Origin: Octopus vulgaris
Lineage: Eukaryota
Length of the DNA: 64,000 bases
Reading direction: 5' to 3'
Assembly (NCBI GenBank): GCA_951406725.2
Contig: OX597816.1
Location: 105,028,001 to 105,092,000, forward strand
A program made the position numbers and the translations under genes. Of this stretch, positions 1 to 15,619 are shown in pieces; within the stretch, counting starts at the first letter, position 1; each line of letters begins with the position of its first letter. The notes beneath the pieces are model-generated. The model made no database searches. It saw only the letters and a program-made list of their open reading frames with translations, and had not been told where the DNA came from.

Positions 1-297
1 GAAGAGCAGGTGTGGAGAAGAATAGGTGAAGAGTCAAGAAAAGGCCAGAAAGAAACATGAAGGCCACAGGAATGAGACAATCTGGGATTGGCTCGCAGTT
101 GTGGTGGTAGCATGTAGAAGAATGCGTGAGAGAGAGAGAGACAGACAGACAGAGACAGAAAGAAAGAAAGAAAACAGCAACTGTGAAAGAGAGCACTTAA
201 AGAGCTAACAGAGAAACAGAAGGAACATAGAGAGAAAAAAAGTATTTATAAGTCGAATGGGGAACAAGATTGAAATATTAATGCAGCCGGATGTTTA

Positions 298-560
298 TTA
301 CCACTTGGTGTTTGTATGGCGTATATATGCGTAAAAAGAGTGAGGTGGAATAGAAAAAATGTTCTGAAGAGCTTTTCTCAGTTGTGTACTACATGCAAGG
401 AAATTCCCAACGGTGAAACTTTTCTTTGTGGGTGCGCTGCTTATAGAGTTATCATAAGTGGAGAGTGTGGGTAAGATGGCTAAAAATATGTTGTTATTTA
501 TGGAGAAAATGACCGACTGTAATTTAGAAAGTGAAATAACTTCCAGACTGTGCAATGAAT
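298..560 (-). pseudogene. Possible Tc1/mariner DDE remnant
   Basis: RKALQNIFSIPPHS resembles the ..IPPRSPDLNP motif; weak. Confidence 0.3.
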
Positions 561-3051
561 TATTTTCTAAACTTATATTAGCATTTCAAAAAAATGTCTC
601 ACTTCGAGTACAAATGTTCAATCTAACTAAAAATCAAGTCTACAGCATCTTGAATCGGCACTTCATTTATTTTTTTATGAATATTACAGTATCATTACAT
701 TATTTGACTGCATTGGACAGTATTATAAAGTATACTTTTTCACAACTACCTTACATATAATCAATTAGTGTAGTTATTAGTCAGTAATTAATTAATTTTC
801 GAAATATCGATAAACTAAATAATTAAGTCTTTAATTCGTTCTGATTATCAAAATCCCTATGTTAATTTAATTTATATTTCATTCGTGCATTGGATGAATA
901 TCGTTAAAACCAGATATCTTGCAGATAACGACGATTAGGTCTACTATGCGTGTTTGTATACGTGCGTATGTGTGTGTATGCAGCGCGTATGCATATGCGT
1001 GTGCCGGTGTCATGACAACCGTACAGTTTCGAATTCTGTAAAGAATTTTACAAGCTAAAATCAAGATAATTTACAACAACAATCATAAAATATTCTTTAG
1101 CTACATATTTTCCATATTTTCTTTCTTTTTTTTCGTCATATTTACAGATATGATGTAACATTTACATAAGAAAATAATCACAAACATCTTAAATATCTTC
1201 CATTGTAACTTTGCTAAAATGCAATCTTAGATTTTTAGATACATCTTAGTCGCCTAAAACTATACGAATGCTTACTCATTTGCATCAGAATAGAGAAAAA
1301 ATATTGTTAAAACAATTAATTCTAAAGCAAGTAGTGTAGAAATACATTCTCGTTATCTAGTAGCTCGTTTGTCTATCCTAAAGGATCTCTTTATTTTCTC
1401 TTCTTCCTAATGGGAAATATAATGTAATGAAAGATATAAACCTAAGACAATAAATAGGTATAGGAATAATATCGTCTGGGCAAACGATATTATGTAATCA
1501 ATATAATATCATAATTTACAAATGATTGCCGATATTACCTAGGAATGGCATACATTATGTATTCATTATGTTCATAGTAGCATGTTATAATATCGTTTTA
1601 AATGGATTATAGATAATGTCTCTTGTGTTTGATTGTACGATATCGTAAATACATGCCCATTATTATTGGAATCTATTAAGAAAGGTTGTTGTGACATATG
1701 AGAATAGAACTAAATATTGTATGGTATTGAGTTCTGTCTCCTACACTTATTGCTAGAAGTTTACTTAGATCAACTTATTGATAGGTATAAGTGTATAGTT
1801 AAGAGATTCTCTTTGCAACTATCTACTTTCGGGTCCAATCCTAATGCACAGCACTTGGGTCTTGTGTCTTCTATCATAAACTCAGGTTCATTAACGCTTT
1901 CATTTTGCTTTCATTGTATATTTCATTTTGCAGTCGAAAATTGTGTAGCCACCCATAGGACAGTTTGAATTTCTGTTCTTAGGTGGTGCATTTACTGGAA
2001 TCCGTTCTGCTCCAAGCATTCGCTCCAGGTGTTAAATATTGTAAGCTGTCATCATAAAAGAAAGACTTTTGATTAAATAGCGAAGACATACAAACTCATA
2101 ACAATCAAGACGCATTGCCCCATTTATGTGCCTCTTCTGTACTGGCATGTTACGTACCACATGCCGATGCGCTTGCTCCTCCAAATCCTTTTCTTCCTCT
2201 TCTCATCCTATCTACTATGATTAATTTCTATATCTATCGTAAACGCTTTGTTAAAATCATTCCACTGGAATTCCCTCCTACAACGGTAAAAATTCAAACT
2301 GAATCACAGCTACAACTATTTCACAAATCGAGGAAGATCCACAAACTCCATGAGTACTTAACCTCAGCTAATTAATAAAATACATATCTCATCTCCAGCG
2401 CGGTAACTATGCGATGATTGTAACAGAAATTATCTTAGGACCCACTGCACATTTGAATTAAGTGCCCATTTGAGCTAAGTGACCATTTGAATTAAGTGAA
2501 TTGTTTAAAGCAACACACCAATGAAAGCATACATCTGAAGAAATGTTGGTTTTTATGCTTACGCATTCGAAATACCAAGTGACATCATATATACAATAGT
2601 GAATCACCAAGTCTTGTGGTTAATGTTACAGTGTTGGCAGTATTTTGCATGAAGATGATAGTCAAGAACACGATTTATAGCAAGTGTTTGAAGATTGCTG
2701 CATTCACTCAAATCTGTCTTTCTGATATTCTATTTAGTTTCAAAGTGATAAATCGGCTATCGATAATATTGATGCCTGTCATTTTCCTCTAACTTCCCAT
2801 TAAATATTATTATTGATAAATATGGTTGTACAAACACTTGAGAAAAGGTCTCGTATGAGATAGAATTAGGCTTGATTCGAATAGATTTATTATCCTAATG
2901 CCCTTTATGATGACTAAACATGCCGAGCAAACAACAAAACCACAAGACCAGCGTTGAGTGACCTTTTTTGTGCGAGAGAAGACTTGTAAGTTCATTAGAA
3001 CCTATGGGAATGCATACGTGTTGAAGGAAATAATGACTATTTACTTTAATA

Positions 3052-3443
3052 AGGCAGCGAGCTGGCAGAAATGTTAGCACGCGAAATGCGTATTTCGTCT
3101 GCCGTTATGTTCTGAGTTCAAATTCCGCCGAGGTCGACTTTGCCTTTCATCCTTTCGGGGTCGATTAAATAAGTACCAGTTAAACACTTGGGTCGATATA
3201 ATCGACTTAATCCGTTTGTCTGTCCTTGTTTGTTCTCTCTATGTTTAGCCCCTTGTGGGTAGTAAAGAAATAGGTATTTCGCTTGTCACTACGTTCTGAG
3301 TTCAAATTCCGCCGAGGTTGACTTTGCCTTTCATCCTTTCGGGGTCGAAAGTTACGCACTGGGGTCGATATAATCGACTTAATCCGTTTGTCTGTCCTTG
3401 TTTGACCCCTCAGCGTTTAGCCCCTTGCGGGTAGTAAAGGAAT
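3052..3443 (+). mobile_element. tRNA-derived SINE family A, head-to-tail pair
   Basis: Head aggcagcgagctggcagaa, B-box-like gagttcaaattcc, core gccgaggtcgactttgcctttcatcctttcggggtcga, tail gtaaagaaata; flanking direct repeat aggaaataatgactatttacttta (3025-3048 / 3444-3467). Confidence 0.9.
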
Positions 3444-4550
3444 AGGAAATAATGACTATTTACTTTACTAATTTATAGGTATAGCAACATTAAATTACTT
3501 TTTCTGTTTTTTATCTCAAGTCTAAAACTATCGCTTTTATATTTCTTCACATGACTTTTCATACATTTAGTCGGTGTTTGCAAATTTGAAGGCAAATGGT
3601 ATTTTGTTCTAATCCGATTTTTTAACAGGATGGTCATGATAAAACACTTTTCATCATGACCGATCATTATTTTTATCATATACTGGTGCTTATTGTCGTT
3701 GTTTGACCGAGGTCAAACAACGACTACATCAAGTCGATAAATAAAATCTTTTAAAAGTTCCACAAAGAATAAGGCCTTGAGCTTCACAAGAATTATGGAA
3801 TTAGGGAATTCATGAAAGCCATTTAAATATTCGGAATAAGTAGCTAACAATAAAGGCTTGTTTCTCACTTTAAAATTTTTCAGTTCACTATGAGATTTTA
3901 TTAAAGCTGAAATGCTGAATAAATATATTTTCCTGTAGCTCTGTATAGCTAAATTTCTTTCGTTTCCTTCGTTTTATTTATTTTTTTATTTCCATGCAAT
4001 ATTTGATACGATAAACATTGTTCGGGAACTCTTTAAAATTGCTCGGAAACTTCTTTGACGTAGAAAAGTAAATTAATGCATATTTAATAACATCCATTAT
4101 AGATATTTTCGAAAAATAAAAGCTGCGGAAAAATATATTCCAATGTATGCAAACGTTCATAAAACTATGTTTAGTAGGGAAACAGTAAAAAAAAAACACA
4201 GCCGTAATACAACTATCGAATCGATGACGGGATCTGTATGTGCTCTCTGGATCTACTAGAAATAGCAGTCGTATTTCCCTAAAATGACAGTCGACTAGCC
4301 TTAATAAAAGAATGATATTAGGAAGTGTACTGATAGAAATACAAGTAGACGGTTCATCAAAGCTGAGACCTCAGTTCTGAAATTTTCAAGGACGAAAGAA
4401 CAACGTTATCACTACTACCACCAATATTAACAACAATAACTTAGAAATATTGCAATATCATGAATGGAAATAGAGTTACCACTTTGGATCCATGCATCTG
4501 AATCCCTTTGTTCTCTCTCTTACTCACTCACACACATACTATATATACAT

Positions 4551-4624
<74 letters not shown>

Positions 4625-5972
4625 AACAAGTTAAAATAATAGTCCGAACATATAATTCCTTTATTGGAGCAAATTTGGCTTACAGCTGTTTCCAGTAGTC
4701 ATTATAGGTACATTACTGACAGGTTTGCTCAATTGGTCTATTGATCAATTCAGTTGAGATAATTTTAACCACCATATATGTATGTATGTATGTATATTTT
4801 TCTGTAGTTTCAGCTCAGAGTTGCGGCCATGTTAATGCACCTACTCTTCGTTTGCGTTCAACAAATGACGCTTATTGACATGATTGTTTTGTCGTAAAAT
4901 TATTTAGTTCTGAGTAAAGGTTTTCCAACTATGACTTCGATTTTTCGTACGACCGATACAGGGAAATTCTTTTACCATTTTATAGCTATTACATACATCC
5001 TCGAAAAATGCAATTTTAATAATTTCTTCTATAGCAATAAGCAAAAAGATTTTGTTTACCTTTATTGACGATTTGCTTCAAGTTTTTTTTTTTTGCGCTA
5101 CTGTTGTTATTGCTGTTTCTTGTCCAGTTGATTTTAGTTGATTCTCATATAGAACATTCACACTTGAGACGAGTGTTTTGAAGAAAAGGTTTCTTAGGAA
5201 GTATGAGAAATGTAACTTATTTATTTGACAAAGCGGATCGTTAGAAATTAATATTAGAGAAGATACTCATCATATATTCAATGACTAGTTTACAATGCCA
5301 AATATGTGTCTGCTGTCATCAAGTGTCTGTTATTTGTGTATGTATGCATGTATGCATGAATGTAGGCACGTATCTGTCTATCTATCTATCTATTTATCTA
5401 TCATTGTGTAATATCTCAGAACAGAACGTTTTAATTAAATAAATTTGGAACTGTACTAAACAAAATCATTAATTAGATAACGTTGATGTTCAATATTTGC
5501 TAACATGAGCAATTTATTAGGGACTCTTAATCAATTTTTCGTGTGATAATCAGAGAAGAATTAAAAGATAAATATATATATATACATATACACATGCATA
5601 CATACATATATAAACGCTCCTTCTTCAATACCATAACCCCCAGATCATCATCATTGTCGTCGTAGTCGTCGTCGTCACTATGTTCTAGAGATGAAGATGA
5701 TTATTATTTTCGCTTTTAAAATGAAAATTTAAGACAAAAATTTTAATATCTGAAACACTAATATAAATAAAACGTTTCCATTTTGCGCCTTCATTCTCTA
5801 CATATGTGTGTATCACACATGCATACACACACACGCACAAACATATATGTGCGTGTTCATTAATGTTTGTATATGTATTTATATATATATGGAGAGAGAG
5901 AGAAAGAGAGAGAGAGAGAAATATGAGATGGGTTTACAGATTAATCCATCTACGTAGTTGAATGGAAAGCAA

Positions 5973-6950
5973 TATACAATGACCTACAATAAGTTTATTG
6001 CCAGAGTAATAAAACACACCGTTACACTTGTTATAACTTAATAACTGCATGAAAAATAATCCGAAATGAATGAAAGCTTATTTCAGTATTTTTAGACAGT
6101 CCTTTAAATATTACGGCTTTTACTCGATGAATCATGGAGTTTATTAAATTTTCAATGACACTTTGGTTGATAATTTTTTCAACTCTGTAATTGGAGTAAT
6201 TTGTGATGTTCTTCTTCGAAATTTGAAAATAAGTTGCTCCTAAGTGTGTTGTATTGGATTAAGATCAAAACTCTGAGAATCTTCATTTCAGAGATTCGAT
6301 TCCGTCAGTTCATTTTCAAGTTTGCAATACCTTCATAGCATAGCATGGGGGCTCAGTATTTTTTAAATAGTGTGGTCTTCTTATCAGTCTCCCTACTTTG
6401 GACTAAATGGTTAATAGACCCTTTTCAAGTACTTGAGAGCATTTTGTACTATTTAACTAATTTTCACCCAAAACCTAGCTCTAATCTACCTGCCCCGTGC
6501 CATAACCCGAACTCAAACTGTCCCATCCAAACAATCTGGTTCCGATATTTCAGTTTTGTCGCTCCACACTTACATCTACCTCGAACTAGAAAATTGAAAG
6601 AATTTGCTTTCGTCAGAGCATATTCTTGATGACCGAAAGTAGTCTACTTTGTTGCAGAACTCCTTGATCCAGTTAAACCTTCTAGTCTTACAAGGTTTTA
6701 AAATTATTGACTTCTTTTTCGAAAATTTGTGTTCATATCCAAGATCTTTTAAAACTGTTCTTACACAATATGCTGCCATGTCCCTAGAATTTGCAACCTC
6801 TCAAGCAATTTTCCGTCTATGTTTAATAACTACATTTTTAGCTATTTTCTTTGCGCTTACAGAAATATTCTATGGCCGCTCCTATAACATCACTCGGCAA
6901 GACCCTTTTTCAATCCATCTCTTCACTATCATATTCTGAGTTTTATTATT
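5973..6950 (-). pseudogene. Tc1-like transposase relic
   Basis: ORF 6576-6779 contains RRFNW...CSDESKF; downstream QSFDLNPIQ resembles SPDLNPIE; many frameshifts. Confidence 0.75.
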
Positions 6951-7849
6951 AATGCCGAAATCTTCAGGTATTTTAAGATTGAACTTACCACATTAGTACC
7001 AGCCGATGACGTCCCCGGTTTTAAATTCCCAGATACCTTTTTATGTATTTATTTATTTATTTATTTATTCATTTATTTTGGCCAGTGGTTTTTAGTGTTG
7101 CGTTTTATCAAACTAATGTTTCGATCAAACCAAAAAGATCTGTTGCATTCATATACGTAATTGTAAATAAGAGAAAGTATACTTAATGCTTTAAAAAAAG
7201 AATATGAAAAATCAGCATGAGACGGAAAACTTTCCATAAGTCACTGCAGTAAATCGTTTTTATACATTATTACCATTTCCTCTAAATACATATCCATGAG
7301 GTGTTCTATAACAATTCGCAATTTGAATGATAAAAAAAAAACCATTGCTCAACAAACGGGCGTAAATTCAAGCAATGTTTTACAGCGGTAATGAATGTGG
7401 ACAAGGATTAATTGAAATGTAATAAAGCTGAGCTTCCCAGCGTCGGAATCTACATGACACCCTGACAAGAGTTAAATGCGCTATTAAGTTTCTAACAAAA
7501 TGTACTCAAAAATTTGTTTGCAATGTAATGCGTTTTGGTACGTGTCTATTCAATTTCGCTTTGTCATAACTATTAATATCAATAGATATGTGTAATTGGT
7601 TGGAGAGCTTTCCTTTGGGATTTCTCCCAATACAGATCATTACGAATTTAGTGAGTAGTACCGTATTAACGTATGAAGGTGTGTTACTTAATGCTGCTGA
7701 TTTACATTTTTTTCTGCAATTTTCTGACTTGAAATACATACATGCATGCTTGCATACATACATACATACATTCATACATACATACATACACACATACATA
7801 ATACAAACATACATACATACATACATACATACATACATACATACATACA

Positions 7850-7881
<32 letters not shown>

Positions 7882-7935
7882 CAAGTGCAAAGAGTACTTT
7901 CATAATTGGCATTCTAAATAAATAATATAGATATA

Positions 7936-8348
7936 GGCACAGGCATGGCTGTGTCGTAAGAAGCTTGCTTCCAACCAAATGGCACCTTGGACAAGTTTCT
8001 TCTACTATAGCCTCGGGACGATCAAAGTCTTGTAAGTGGATTTGGTAGACAGAAACAGAAAGCTTGTCGTATATATGTGTGTGCTGGGATGCGTGTGTGT
8101 GTGTGTTGGGATGCGTGTGTGTGTGTGTGTGTATGTGTGTGTGTGTGTGCATGTGTGTCCCTCCACCGTCGCTTGACAACCGATACAGGTGTGTTTACGT
8201 CCCCGAAACAGCGGTTCGGCAAACATTACCGAGAGAATAAGTACAAGGTTTACAAAGAATAAGTCCTGGTGTCGTTTTCTTCGACTAAAGGTGATGCTCC
8301 AGCATGGCCACAATCAAATGACTGAAACAAGTAAACGAATAAAAGAAT
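7936..8348 (+). mobile_element. tRNA-derived SINE family B with internal (TG)n
   Basis: Head ggcacaggcatggctgtg, CORE-like ggcaccttggacaagt, internal microsatellite, tail ctccagcatggcc...aatgactgaaacaagtaa. Confidence 0.85.
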
Positions 8349-8492
8349 ACATGGACAGAGACGTGCATACGTACATGTGTGTGTGTGTGTGTGTGTGTAT
8401 GTGCGTATGTATATATTTATATACGCACAAACACACGCGCACACGCACACACACACACACATAAAAATATGTATATATCTACATATTTATAC

Positions 8493-8526
<34 letters not shown>

Positions 8527-9019
8527 TCGTATATATATATATAGATAACATGTATATATGTATATATTTATGCACATATAGATACACATATACATACGCA
8601 CATACATGTACATATGATGATAACAGTCTTACACACCTATAAATGTATATGAACACACACACACATACGCGCGCGCGTGTGTGTGTATGTGTGTAATGTA
8701 TGTAAGTGGGCGTCATTTTACTGCGTATGAGATACATAATATTTTTGATACTTTTCAGTTTCCTGTAATGATATGGTTATGTGATAAACGCTATGATACA
8801 AACTGAACACATTATTGATTGATAATATGTGAAGCGCCTATTTTTACTTGTCAGTTCCCAAATGAGATAGTCTCATCAACGAGTTATCTCCAGTTGCTCT
8901 GTCAAATGTGTGACAATGGTAGTTGTTACGGTCGTCGCCATATTCACTGTTGTTGTTCTTATGTTTGTTTTTTTTAACTATATTACTTTGAATTAATATA
9001 AGGGTAGGCGATGTATGCG

Positions 9020-9568
<549 letters not shown>

Positions 9569-9911
9569 CTGGTGTCTTTCCCCTTGTGTGTACATGTGTG
9601 TATGAGTATGTGTAACTTTGTGTGTGTGGATGCAAATGTCATTTATGAAGTGTTTGACTTCGTCATGGGTCCATGTAGTAATCTGTGTGTGTGTGTTCCA
9701 TTTTGCTGTTGTTGATAACGTGTGATTTCATTACGAAACAACCAGAGAAAGTACAGTATTTACAGACTGATATTTATATTTTTTGTTTATTTTTATCTAC
9801 TGTTCGATTTCTTTTTTTACTCTCTCTCTCTCTCTTTCTCCCTTTATCTCTGTCCCTTTCTTTCTCTTTCTCCTGCTCTGATTCTCTCTCTCCCTCTCCA
9901 TCCCTCTCTCT

Positions 9912-9952
<41 letters not shown>

Positions 9953-12900
9953 AATACCGTACCATTAAGTAAACATATATATTTAAGATTAGCTTGTAGT
10001 TTCTGAAATTACTGAGTACATTCGAATGAAACATGATTTGGCCTACACTGAGTTAAGATAATACTCAAAATGTTTCTTGCACTTTGGAAAGTATAATCAT
10101 ATGGAAGGTGAGAATGTTACGGTGGATGATGGTATATTGAACACATTTCAATGACGTGTCTAATTTAGTAGAAGATCCTAAAATAATGCGGTTTAGCTTT
10201 ACTTTGTTTAAAAATATTTTTCTTTCGTTTATGCTAAATAATTCTGGACACCTTTTTTTTTTATTTTTGACAAGTAACATTCTTATTATATGTGAACACA
10301 CACAAAAACACAGTTTCAAAAAATGAGGTCGGGTTTATACTATATCATTTGATAAACTATATTCCGAGAGAATGATGAACAAACTCTTCTCTAGTGTAAC
10401 TTAGATGCAAAGACATACATGGATTAAACTGAAATATTGATCAAATCACAAAACCTTTTAAATTAAACTGAGTCGACAGAAACTGCGCGGATGGAACCCA
10501 CTTATTCGCACAGGACCATCTGATGACTGTACAATTCGACTAAACCATGAGATTCACCAATTCTTGAGTGGTAGCCATAACTTTTTTGTTTAGTGTAACA
10601 CTCTTACCTGGCCCTCGATTCACCTTTAACGATATCTACACTCTTGCAAGCATTTGGACCAGACTTCGCATGTCTTCGTACCTTACTGTCACCAGTCTCA
10701 AAGATCCTGCAAAATACAATGGATGCCACTTTGCTTCTGCTTATTAAGCCATTAAAATAGAAATTATAACAAATATTTATTGATAAAATTACTTAATGTC
10801 TGTTTTAGAATATTTAATAGCATTGTAGATTAATCGAAATGATTGATACCTCGTGCTTGCATTACTTTTTTTTTCTAAGGCAGAAAAAGTACCCTTTTTT
10901 AAAATTAAAAATCTATCAAAATGCACGTTAAAAAATTTTTTTAAATTGTAATCCACTGATCTAGACTTCCATTATATGACAGAGATATTCGATCTTCATT
11001 TTTTGCTATTGATAAAATAAACACCAGTAATATATTTGAGTCGATTTAATCAATCGTTCATTCTTCTAAATTTATGACCTAACGCCGGTATCAGATATTA
11101 TTGTTGTTGTTTTTTGTTTGTTTTTTTCAGAAATACATAGATTGTTTCTTTGTTCGAAAAAATTTACCCATTGGAAAACGGGTGTATAAATGCAAAAGAA
11201 TAGCAAACGCTATGTTATAATTCACTAAGAATATTTACAAATTGCAGCTATTTTCTGAAACAGGCCAATGTCTATCCTAACGATATTGTTTTCAAGTGAA
11301 CAGATTTAAAACAGACAACAGACAATAAACAACGGCTGTTTTGGCAGATAACATTTATGTTGAAGCGATGTTCCGTTTACTTCTGCATTACAGTATAATT
11401 ATTTTGTATTGCTATGTCGATAATTTTTGTCATGGAAAAGGATATCAGAATATCTGTTGCTATTTGGCAGTCTCTATGTACACTACATGTCATTCTCAAA
11501 AACAGGTCGAGATTCATATGCGTACCACAGAGCTTTATTCCTCAAGAAGTTGAAATTGGGTAGCTAAGCTTATGTAAAGTAGTCTTGCTGCGTTAATTTT
11601 TTGCCAGGTATGTTTCGTCGAGTATAGTGTATGACATACTGAATCACTGTCCTATTTTGTTTCAGAATACATACCAAAAAAAGTAACATTTGCCTTCTTC
11701 ATTTTTGAAATGTTGGTTTTTCTGGCAATACATATAGTAGTACTAGCCTGTTCTTGTAACGCGAATCTAATCAGCTTTTCTGTCTCTCGTTTAAAAATTC
11801 CCGTCCATCAACCAGAGCCAGCGGTCTTTACTTCCGACATTCTCGATTTATTGCATGAATTCGTCATGTAGTTCCATTTCTTTCCATCTGTTTTATCTGT
11901 TGTCTTTACTTTTCCCTTTGAATTTTCCTACTGTTTCGGTTACTTTTTGAGCATGTCTGGTTGCCGATAGTATTCTTTCTTTACTATCGCCACATAAGGA
12001 ATACATTTCATGGACAGAGAAGCCCAGTTAATTCCCTTCTTAATCCCAGTTTATCCCCTTTATCCAACAGTCGAATTGATTGAGAGCAACGTTAGCAAGA
12101 AGAACAAACATATAAAACTTGGTCTTGCATTGTTTACTTACGCCTGTCAATGCAGATATTTGTGTAGCAAATTATATCATCCTGGGGTACTTTCTTAACA
12201 CTTGTAATTCTGGTATTAGTGGATACATTTCTGACACCGAAATAGATCTATCCAGTAATTATAATATACTTCCTAAGGGTGGCGAGGGTAGCGAAAAAGG
12301 AGGTAAGATCATTTTAGTTCCAAAAATTAAAGTTGGCTATTTAGCTAGCATTAATTATTTTGAAATAATTTCAGTTAAATTTTCAATGGGTATAAATCTC
12401 AGCATATTATTGTGGTTTACACATCTGGTAACTAGTATAGCAACTTTGTGTTACAGTTTCAAAATAATTTCGGTTCATTAGGATAGAAAACTTTCCAGAT
12501 ATAACACTGGAAGGTTCACTTTTCCCGGTATTGAGAAACTGATCCAGATAATCGTAATAGATGCGATTCTGATTTCTTTAACTTTTCTGTTGTAAGAGGA
12601 TTAAGCCAAGTAATACTGGAGTAAATACAAGAGGAGAATATTTTAAACATAATCCTAAAGTCTCCAGGCATAAGTTTATCGATAAGTCCGAAGTATTACC
12701 ACCTTTATATTCAAGTAACTATTGATCAATAGAGTGTGAAATTAAAAGAAATATGAAGATAAGCGAAGAAAGGTTGAGCCATTTCAGAAACAGCATTTAT
12801 GATTAAGAAATAGATATTGTAGTAAATTTATTTGGAGAGAAACTTCCCCATAGTTTAAGAATGCAGCTTATGTGTATAATTGCTTTGTAGAGGAAAATTA

Positions 12901-13072
12901 AATTGACTGAAAATTATGTAGCATAGAGTACATAAAGCCATAAATTGCCATTGAAGGTATTACTGAAAGATCAATATAATTATCAAAATATATTTAAGAA
13001 TTTCAGCAGAAAATTTATAGAATATTATAATGATATAGAAAATTCGACCAGATAAGGATTTGGAGCATTGAT

Positions 13073-13465
13073 TCTTTTATTTTTTTATTTGTTTCAGTCA
13101 TTTGACTGCTGCTATGCTGGAGCACCGTCTTTAGTCGAACAAATCAACCCCAGGACTTATTCTTTGTAAGCCTAGTACTTATTCTATTGGTGTCACTTTT
13201 ACCGAACCGCTATGTTACAGGGACATAAACACACCGACGTCGGTTATCAAGTGATGGGGGGAGTAACAGACACACAGACATATATATATATATATATATA
13301 TATATACGACGGGCTTCTTGCAGTTTCCGTCTACCAAATCCACTCACAAGGCTTTGGTCGGCCCGAGGCTATAGTAGAAGACACTTGCCCAAGGTGCCAC
13401 GTAGTGGAACTGAACCCGAAGCCATGTGGTTGGTAAGCAAGCTGCTTACCACACATTCACTCCTG
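13073..13465 (-). mobile_element. SINE family B
   Basis: Reverse complement of the 7936 family with internal (TA)n. Confidence 0.85.
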
Positions 13466-14894
13466 GAGTCAAAAATAACTTATAGGACAAAACTTTCAAC
13501 ATTAAAAACATGAGATGCAATTGCGATAGAGGACAGAAAGTGAACTCAAGTTTTCAATATTTTTCGCTGTGTACGATAATAGTGGAATTCTAGCGATAAG
13601 TCGCCAAGAACAACTTACCAGAATGTCATTTTCTTCTGGAATATATTTTTCTTTTTTGCTTTATTTTCACCTCAACCTAATAAGTGTTCCTTTGGACTTG
13701 AAAATATTTCAATGCATTTTAAAAGAAGAATGGTTGCTCATGATTTGTTATAGGCTTTATCATTTATATTTAACTTTTTTATTCTGGAGAATTACCTTCT
13801 CCCTAGAGTCGAAAAGCAGTAATTCCAATACATAAAATATTGCTCAGATCAAAAATTAAAACCATTTGATCTGATATATTAATTTGTTTTATATACAAAG
13901 TTATAAAAATTGAAGAGCTTCACTGTCTCTCGACTTTCCAGGAATAGATTTATCTCCTTTAAATCATAACCTACTGCCTTAAAGAAGGAAGGAAACTTGT
14001 GGATAGTATTGATTGAGATGCACACTACCTTACAAAAGCAAAAACAGAATGGTCACACTTGACACCGAAAACTTCATGATTGTTCTATTTTTATTCAGAG
14101 ATAATCTAAGTTATAGCTTCATTACAAAAAGTCCCTTACCTTTTCTAAGACAGAATGATTGGGTTTTGATGGAGATAGAGCTGATATATTTTGCATGTCG
14201 AGCGACTACATAAAGGGACTTTCATGGACTCCTGTTCTTATTTTAGTTGACTCTATGATGTTTATGAGAGTTGGTCTCTGATATTAAATCAATGAAAAAC
14301 AGGTTACGCGTTGTCTTTTGTTGGTTAGTTTTCTTCTTTTTTATTTCTTCTTATTTTTTTGTTTGATGTATTGATCTTGTTGCTATATATTTTGGGCGGG
14401 TGGATATGTGCTGTATAAATATCATAAGATGATAAGTTCGAATTTCTGGATTAGGAAAATAATAGAAAAAAATTGTAATTAATGTGAAGCGTTTCTTTTG
14501 TTTTCTTTGAGCTACAGCCTACAATAGCTTATATTATTCCCAAATAGTATCCAAGCAGTCGCAAATGAACCATTTCTCCTCTCCTTCCCTCATTTTGTCT
14601 TGTTCTACATGAAGTTTTATGATCGCATCACTAACTTCTACTGTGGCGCCTTGGCACAAGATAATGGGATAGTGCAGACAATTTTATGAAGGGATTTTAT
14701 TATGAGCTATTTATTCACATGAGTTTGCTATTTTTCTCTTCTTGACGAGTAGATTAAAATACTTTTCATGTTTTTTGTTTTCCTTTTTTCATTTTGTTTA
14801 TATTTGATTTCTTAGAATTGTGCCTTGAGCCATTTCTTGTTATATATTCACAGTCCCCATTATAGTTTTCGTTTTAATTATAATATATTACAAT

Positions 14895-14930
<36 letters not shown>

Positions 14931-15586
14931 GTATGAATATATATGTATGTGTTTGTTTGTATGCATGTATGTATGCATGTATGTACGTGCGTACGTATGT
15001 ATGTATGTATGTATGTATGTATGTATGTATGTATGTATGTATGTATGTATGTATGTATGTATGTATGTATGTATGTATGTATGTATGTATGTGCTTACGC
15101 TATGCGCTAGACAGAGCATGAGATATCGTCAGTGTCCAGAGCACTGTGTGTTCCGTTATTGTCCAAAAGTTCGGCCGCGAAGATTGTATAATTTTTCGAA
15201 ATACATTGCAGTGATAGCCTGAGTACAATGTATACATAGAAAAAGATGAGTGGCGCTAAATTCATACATTTAATCAATACATCCTTACACGTATTTCAAT
15301 AATGAATAGAGTCGCCATAGATTATATCACCAAATCATCAGAATCAGTATGATAAATGAAATATAATAATTCTTAAGTCAAATAGAAATCCAATAGAAAC
15401 ATCGTTTCCTCAAAATTTAATTTTTGCTTAATTAAAGACAAAAACTTTATTTCAATAGGGGGAAGTGTTTTTCTACCATGCTAGAAATGGTGGTATGTTA
15501 AGGCGACATGCAACGATATCAGATGAGAAGGTTAACATCAAGGATATAGTAGTCGGCTCGAAAGTTAGTTTCTGTGTGTGTATGAA

Positions 15587-15619
<33 letters not shown>

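Noticed and set aside
3052-3130. tRNA genes at SINE heads
   Set aside because: A/B-box-like motifs continue into SINE cores and no full cloverleaf forms.
10513-10560. CTGATGA hammerhead-like motif
   Set aside because: No GAAA or closing stems; the region looks more like a decayed DNA transposon.
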